Shown: positions 60,318 through 64,000 of the stretch, one piece after another
Position numbering within the stretch: position 1 is the stretch's first letter
How the letters are laid out: every line of letters starts with the position of its first letter
Source: an uncultured Desulfospira sp.
Lineage (GTDB): Bacteria > Desulfobacterota > Desulfobacteria > Desulfobacterales > Desulfobacteraceae
Assembly: GCA_963663165.1 (NCBI GenBank)
Contig: OY760175.1
Span: forward strand, 1,376,001 to 1,440,000
DNA length: 64,000 bases
Direction: 5' to 3'
The notes under the pieces: generated by a model
What the model was told of the DNA's origin: nothing
Databases searched by the model: none
Seen by the model: only the letters and a program-made list of their open reading frames with translations
Made by a program: the position numbers and the translations under genes

Positions 60318-60839
60318 TTATTGACCTCTCAACTTATAATTTGCAGGATTCCCGAATGCCGTTGTCTTATTCGGCATGTCTTTATCCACCACCGCATTTG
60401 CCCCAATTTTGCAATCGTGGCCAATAGAGATTTCTCCAATTATCTTAGCACCCGCACCAATCAACACACGATCGCCTATTATGGCAGCCTTGCCATATCC
60501 TCCCCTGTCGCCGACAGTTACCTGGTGATAAAGGGTACAATAGTCGCCCATTTTAACCGAAGGGTGGAAGATAATCCCCCCAAAATGATGGATTCTCAAT
60601 CCTTTGCCAATGGTGCATTGTGCCGGGATGGAAATACCTGTAGTGATTTCAATAAATCTTTCGATAACGTATCTGAACGGCTGGGTGGGAATTTTTTTTA
60701 AGTGGCACCAATGAAAAAAACGGTAAGTTGCCAGGGCCTGAAACCCGGGAGAAAAAATTCCCCTTAAAAATATCCGTATGGAGGATTCCCCGGTATGGGT
60801 GGAAAACCGTTTTAAATCTTCTTTTATATTGTCAAACAT
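60318..60839 (-). CDS. Serine acetyltransferase-like (hexapeptide repeat) O-acetyltransferase
   Basis: TGISIP, IGKGLRIHHFGG, IGAGAKI, IGANAVV, GNPA. Confidence 0.88.
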   Translation of the reverse strand: MFDNIKEDLKRFSTHTGESSIRIFLRGIFSPGFQALATYRFFHWCHLKKIPTQPFRYVIERFIEITTGISIPAQCTIGKGLRIHHFGGIIFHPSVKMGDYCTLYHQVTVGDRGGYGKAAIIGDRVLIGAGAKIIGEISIGHDCKIGANAVVDKDMPNKTTAFGNPANYKLRGQ

Positions 60840-61981
60840 TAGTGTTTTGACAGGATTTGCCGGTATATCGTTTCATAATCTAAGACCATTTTTTCAATGG
60901 AAAAAAAGTCCGTTACATGTCTTCTTGCCTGCTCACCCATTGTCTTTCTTTGTTTCACATCGTTTATCAGGAAATCAAGGGCTTCAGTCATACTTTGATG
61001 GTTTCCCAATTCAACGATCAACCCGCTTTTATTATGGTCAAGAATTTCTTGAATCCCGCCGACATGGGTCGATATTACCGGCAATCCGGCTGCCATGGCT
61101 TCAAGAACGGAATTGGAAATATTTTCAAAAAGCGACGGCTGTACATAGATATCCATCAATCTCAAGCAGTCAGGGATATCTTTTCGCATTCCCGTAAGAA
61201 TGACTTGGTCCTGAATGCCGAGTTGAGACGACATCTTTTGGATGCTTTCTTTTTCAGCCCCGTCTCCCACAAGCAGCAGTTTGCAGTTTTCCCTGACACC
61301 GGGCGAAAGCATTGAAAAGGCTTTAACCAGATTTTTAATTCCCTTAACCGGATCAAACCTGGCCACAGACCCGATTATAGTATCTGTTTTCCTGATTCCG
61401 AACCGGGTTCTTGCGTCGCCTGAGTTGCCATCCTGGCAGGGTTTGAACACATGGGTGTCAACGCCGTTGTAAATGACATTGATTTTTTGAGGGACTATGC
61501 CGATATCTGAGGCATATTCTTTTTTGGATACACCGGAATTGGTTAGAATTCCATCACAAAAATACGAAAAAAACCGCTGGGCAAGAATTCTTCTCTTTGG
61601 AATCTGGATGGTGTCTTCCATTGTTTTGCCGCGATAGGAATAAATAAATTTTTGTTTTCTTCCAATGGCTTTTGCGGCTATCAATCCTTCGGCGTAGGTA
61701 GACCACCCCATGGAATGAATAATGTCAACACGATTTTTTTTACAAAAGGATGCGATCTTACATGGAATGGAAAAATCGTTTCCGTCATGTTTATCCAGGG
61801 AAAATACCTTTTTTTTCGAAACATCTACGTCTTTCAAAAAGGCATTTTCATACGGATAAAAACTACATACATGGTTGGTGATGTTTTGGCTCGAATGATT
61901 CAGGATATTGGCAACGACACGCTCTGTACCGCCAAATGAAAATCGATGCAAAAGATAAAGAACTGAAACCGGCACGCCCAT
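60839..61981 (-). CDS. Glycosyltransferase family 4
   Basis: GGTER, IYNGVD, VARFDPVKG, ENISNSVLEAMA. Start is probably ATG61981. Confidence 0.92.
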   Translation of the reverse strand: MGVPVSVLYLLHRFSFGGTERVVANILNHSSQNITNHVCSFYPYENAFLKDVDVSKKKVFSLDKHDGNDFSIPCKIASFCKKNRVDIIHSMGWSTYAEGLIAAKAIGRKQKFIYSYRGKTMEDTIQIPKRRILAQRFFSYFCDGILTNSGVSKKEYASDIGIVPQKINVIYNGVDTHVFKPCQDGNSGDARTRFGIRKTDTIIGSVARFDPVKGIKNLVKAFSMLSPGVRENCKLLLVGDGAEKESIQKMSSQLGIQDQVILTGMRKDIPDCLRLMDIYVQPSLFENISNSVLEAMAAGLPVISTHVGGIQEILDHNKSGLIVELGNHQSMTEALDFLINDVKQRKTMGEQARRHVTDFFSIEKMVLDYETIYRQILSKH

Positions 61982-61983
61982 CC

Positions 61984-63042
61984 CTATACTTTTTTCTGGG
62001 TCCAGACGGTATATTCTTTTCCGGACAATGCGATTAAACCGCCAACACAAAGGGCAACAGACTCAATGACAAACCGTGTAAAATGGGGCACCAAAAAAAC
62101 TGCCAGCAGCCAGGGGGAAACACGGACAAGACTAATAATAAAAAGCGGTAACGCCATTACAAAGGTGATGATAAACAGATAACGAATCAGCTTATGCAGG
62201 GTGAAGTGAAACAAAACAGACGCGGGCAGTCGGTGAATATATTTAAATATTCTGTAATAGCTCCAGAATACCCTGTTTGATGCCCTCATCCTGGCTTTGA
62301 ACGAGTCTCTTATTTTTCTTTTTTCCAGTTCGGTAGCGGTGGCGTTCGGATTAAAGACGCATTGTTTTTTTTGTTCAAAAATTAAAAAAGCAGTCTCAAA
62401 ATCGCTTAATTCATTTTCACGTTTGAGGTTGTAATTTTCCCTTCTCACACAGTAAAATCCGCCATCAAATCCAATGATGGCGCCTTGTCTTGATTGAAAC
62501 CGTTTAATGATGGTTTCCAGTTTCCAGTATTTTCCGGACAGATCCTGGTGTTTCATATCGGTTGTTATGGTTACATCTCCACAGGTACCGGCAATCTTGT
62601 CGTTTTCAAACACCTGAATTAATTTTTCTATGGAATCTTTATCAAGGAATACGTTGGCATCGGTAAACAGCAGCAAATCAGATTCAGATTGATTGACCGC
62701 ACAAATCTGAGACTGATTCTTCCCTTTGTTTTCCTTGTTGTTGACGACTGTGTCTTCATCTTTTGCATACTTTTCAAGCAGTTCAAGGGTATTGTCTGTG
62801 GAGTTATCGTTCACAAAAGTATGATGAATATGGGGGTACTGGATTGAATAGCAGTTAATGAGTTTTTCAAGGATAAACCGGGACTCATTTTTAAAACAGA
62901 TGATGTGTTCTATGGAAAGTTTTTGTTTAAGGGGATTATTTGATCGCTTAACTGTTTTTGTTTTGTAATAATATAAAATGGTTATCAGAATATATACAAA
63001 ATGGATGACTCCTAAAACGGCTGGAACCAGTAACAATCTCAT
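61984..63042 (-). CDS. Glycosyltransferase family 2, membrane-anchored
   Basis: NDNSTD, LFTDAN, YWKLE, RMRA, HKLIRY; N- and C-terminal TM helices. Confidence 0.88.
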   Translation of the reverse strand: MRLLLVPAVLGVIHFVYILITILYYYKTKTVKRSNNPLKQKLSIEHIICFKNESRFILEKLINCYSIQYPHIHHTFVNDNSTDNTLELLEKYAKDEDTVVNNKENKGKNQSQICAVNQSESDLLLFTDANVFLDKDSIEKLIQVFENDKIAGTCGDVTITTDMKHQDLSGKYWKLETIIKRFQSRQGAIIGFDGGFYCVRRENYNLKRENELSDFETAFLIFEQKKQCVFNPNATATELEKRKIRDSFKARMRASNRVFWSYYRIFKYIHRLPASVLFHFTLHKLIRYLFIITFVMALPLFIISLVRVSPWLLAVFLVPHFTRFVIESVALCVGGLIALSGKEYTVWTQKKV

Positions 63043-63059
63043 CTAATTCAGATTCCTAT

Positions 63060-63980
63060 TCAAATTGTCTTTTTAAAAACAGCTACTGTCCTGGCAGCAA
63101 AATAGATCTGGAGCAGTAGGAACAAATTACACATCAAACGGATATTCAGCGCGTTTTTTTTCTTATAAAGAACAACAAGGCTGGGAAGAAAAATTAAAAA
63201 AACCGCACTGATAAGAATGTACGGATTATTCAGCAGACCGCCGGAAAGGATCAACAGCGGGATAACCATGCTAAAATAAACGGGAACCATCAAACTTGGC
63301 AGCTCCTGCTTACGAATTCCATGGCTCCATAGCCCTTGCAAATTGCTTTGTCCTCTCCACAGTTCCTTGGTAAAAAAAGCGGCTGCCGTATGGGCTTCAC
63401 CTAAATGGACCACTTTTAAATTTGTGTCGGAAAGAATTTTGCCATATCGGCTTATCCTGTAGCAAAAATCCACATCCTCGCAGGTTACCAGCGATTCGTT
63501 GAACCCGCCAATTTTCATAAAGTGGTTCTTACGGACAAAAAGATTCATGGACTCCAGCCAATCCACATATTCAAGTTCGGATTCTTTTTTTCGGATCACA
63601 AACCAGGCTTCCTGAACCCATGTGGGATTTTTTGGTATTTCGGGCGGCGCGCCCCATGCGGCAAGACGGTTATCCCGGATATGAAAAGATACCCTTTTAA
63701 GCCATTGGGGGCTCACAATACAGTCAGCATCAACAAAAGCAAGGATTTCCCCTTTTGAATGTTCAGCCCCAAAATTTCTAAGCCCGGATACGTTTTTACC
63801 AGGCTCAGTAAAAATTTTCACATCAAACTGTGCTGCAATCTGTTTTGTTCTGTCTGTAGACCCGTTATCCACCAAAATGGTTTCATAATCCGTTTTTGGA
63901 AATTCAATATTTGAAATGGCCCCCAGGCAGGACGCGATAACCTTTTCTTCGTTATATGCCGGAATGATAATTGAGATCAT
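63060..63980 (-). CDS. Glycosyltransferase family 2
   Basis: SIIIPAYNEE, DNGSTD, FVDADC, CEDVD. Confidence 0.92.
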   Translation of the reverse strand: MISIIIPAYNEEKVIASCLGAISNIEFPKTDYETILVDNGSTDRTKQIAAQFDVKIFTEPGKNVSGLRNFGAEHSKGEILAFVDADCIVSPQWLKRVSFHIRDNRLAAWGAPPEIPKNPTWVQEAWFVIRKKESELEYVDWLESMNLFVRKNHFMKIGGFNESLVTCEDVDFCYRISRYGKILSDTNLKVVHLGEAHTAAAFFTKELWRGQSNLQGLWSHGIRKQELPSLMVPVYFSMVIPLLILSGGLLNNPYILISAVFLIFLPSLVVLYKKKNALNIRLMCNLFLLLQIYFAARTVAVFKKTI

Positions 63981-64000
63981 TGGAGATAATTATTAAGCCA

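Overview
A surface-polymer region, probably from a sulfate-reducing Desulfobacterota genome (inferred from gene content and a Sec-type gene). Most genes are on the minus strand. 0-7 kb is an accessory zone: a PemK/MazF-type toxin-antitoxin pair, a sigma54-driven PEP-CTERM protein, and two AAA+ ATPases plus a Uma2 nuclease set among dispersed repeats. 7-18 kb holds a ThiF-nitroreductase fusion, an MMPL transporter, two N-acyl amino acid synthase-like acyltransferases, a cNMP-patatin and a cysteine synthase-CysRS fusion. 18-34 kb encodes large secreted proteins and a KamA-family radical SAM enzyme. 34-64 kb is a Wzx/Wzy-type exopolysaccharide operon. Main results: (1) a 4.2-kb TG..CA transposon with a 6-bp target duplication encodes a DDE transposase, an ExeA-like ATPase and a complete RepB'-like DNA primase; (2) a secreted rhodanese-like selenoprotein in the EPS operon, missed by the ORF track, has an in-frame TGA followed by a SECIS-like hairpin; (3) an acyltransferase-3 gene split by four insertions (one nested) rebuilds to an uninterrupted 361-codon ORF; (4) the fused CysRS domain lacks KMSKS; (5) there is a tandem structured leader before the MMPL gene, a 21-nt G tract before a giant surface-protein gene, and a ~110-bp repeat lying downstream of accessory genes in a cassette-like pattern. 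No rRNA, tRNA or CRISPR array was seen. Family calls come from motif recognition by eye, not from database searches.
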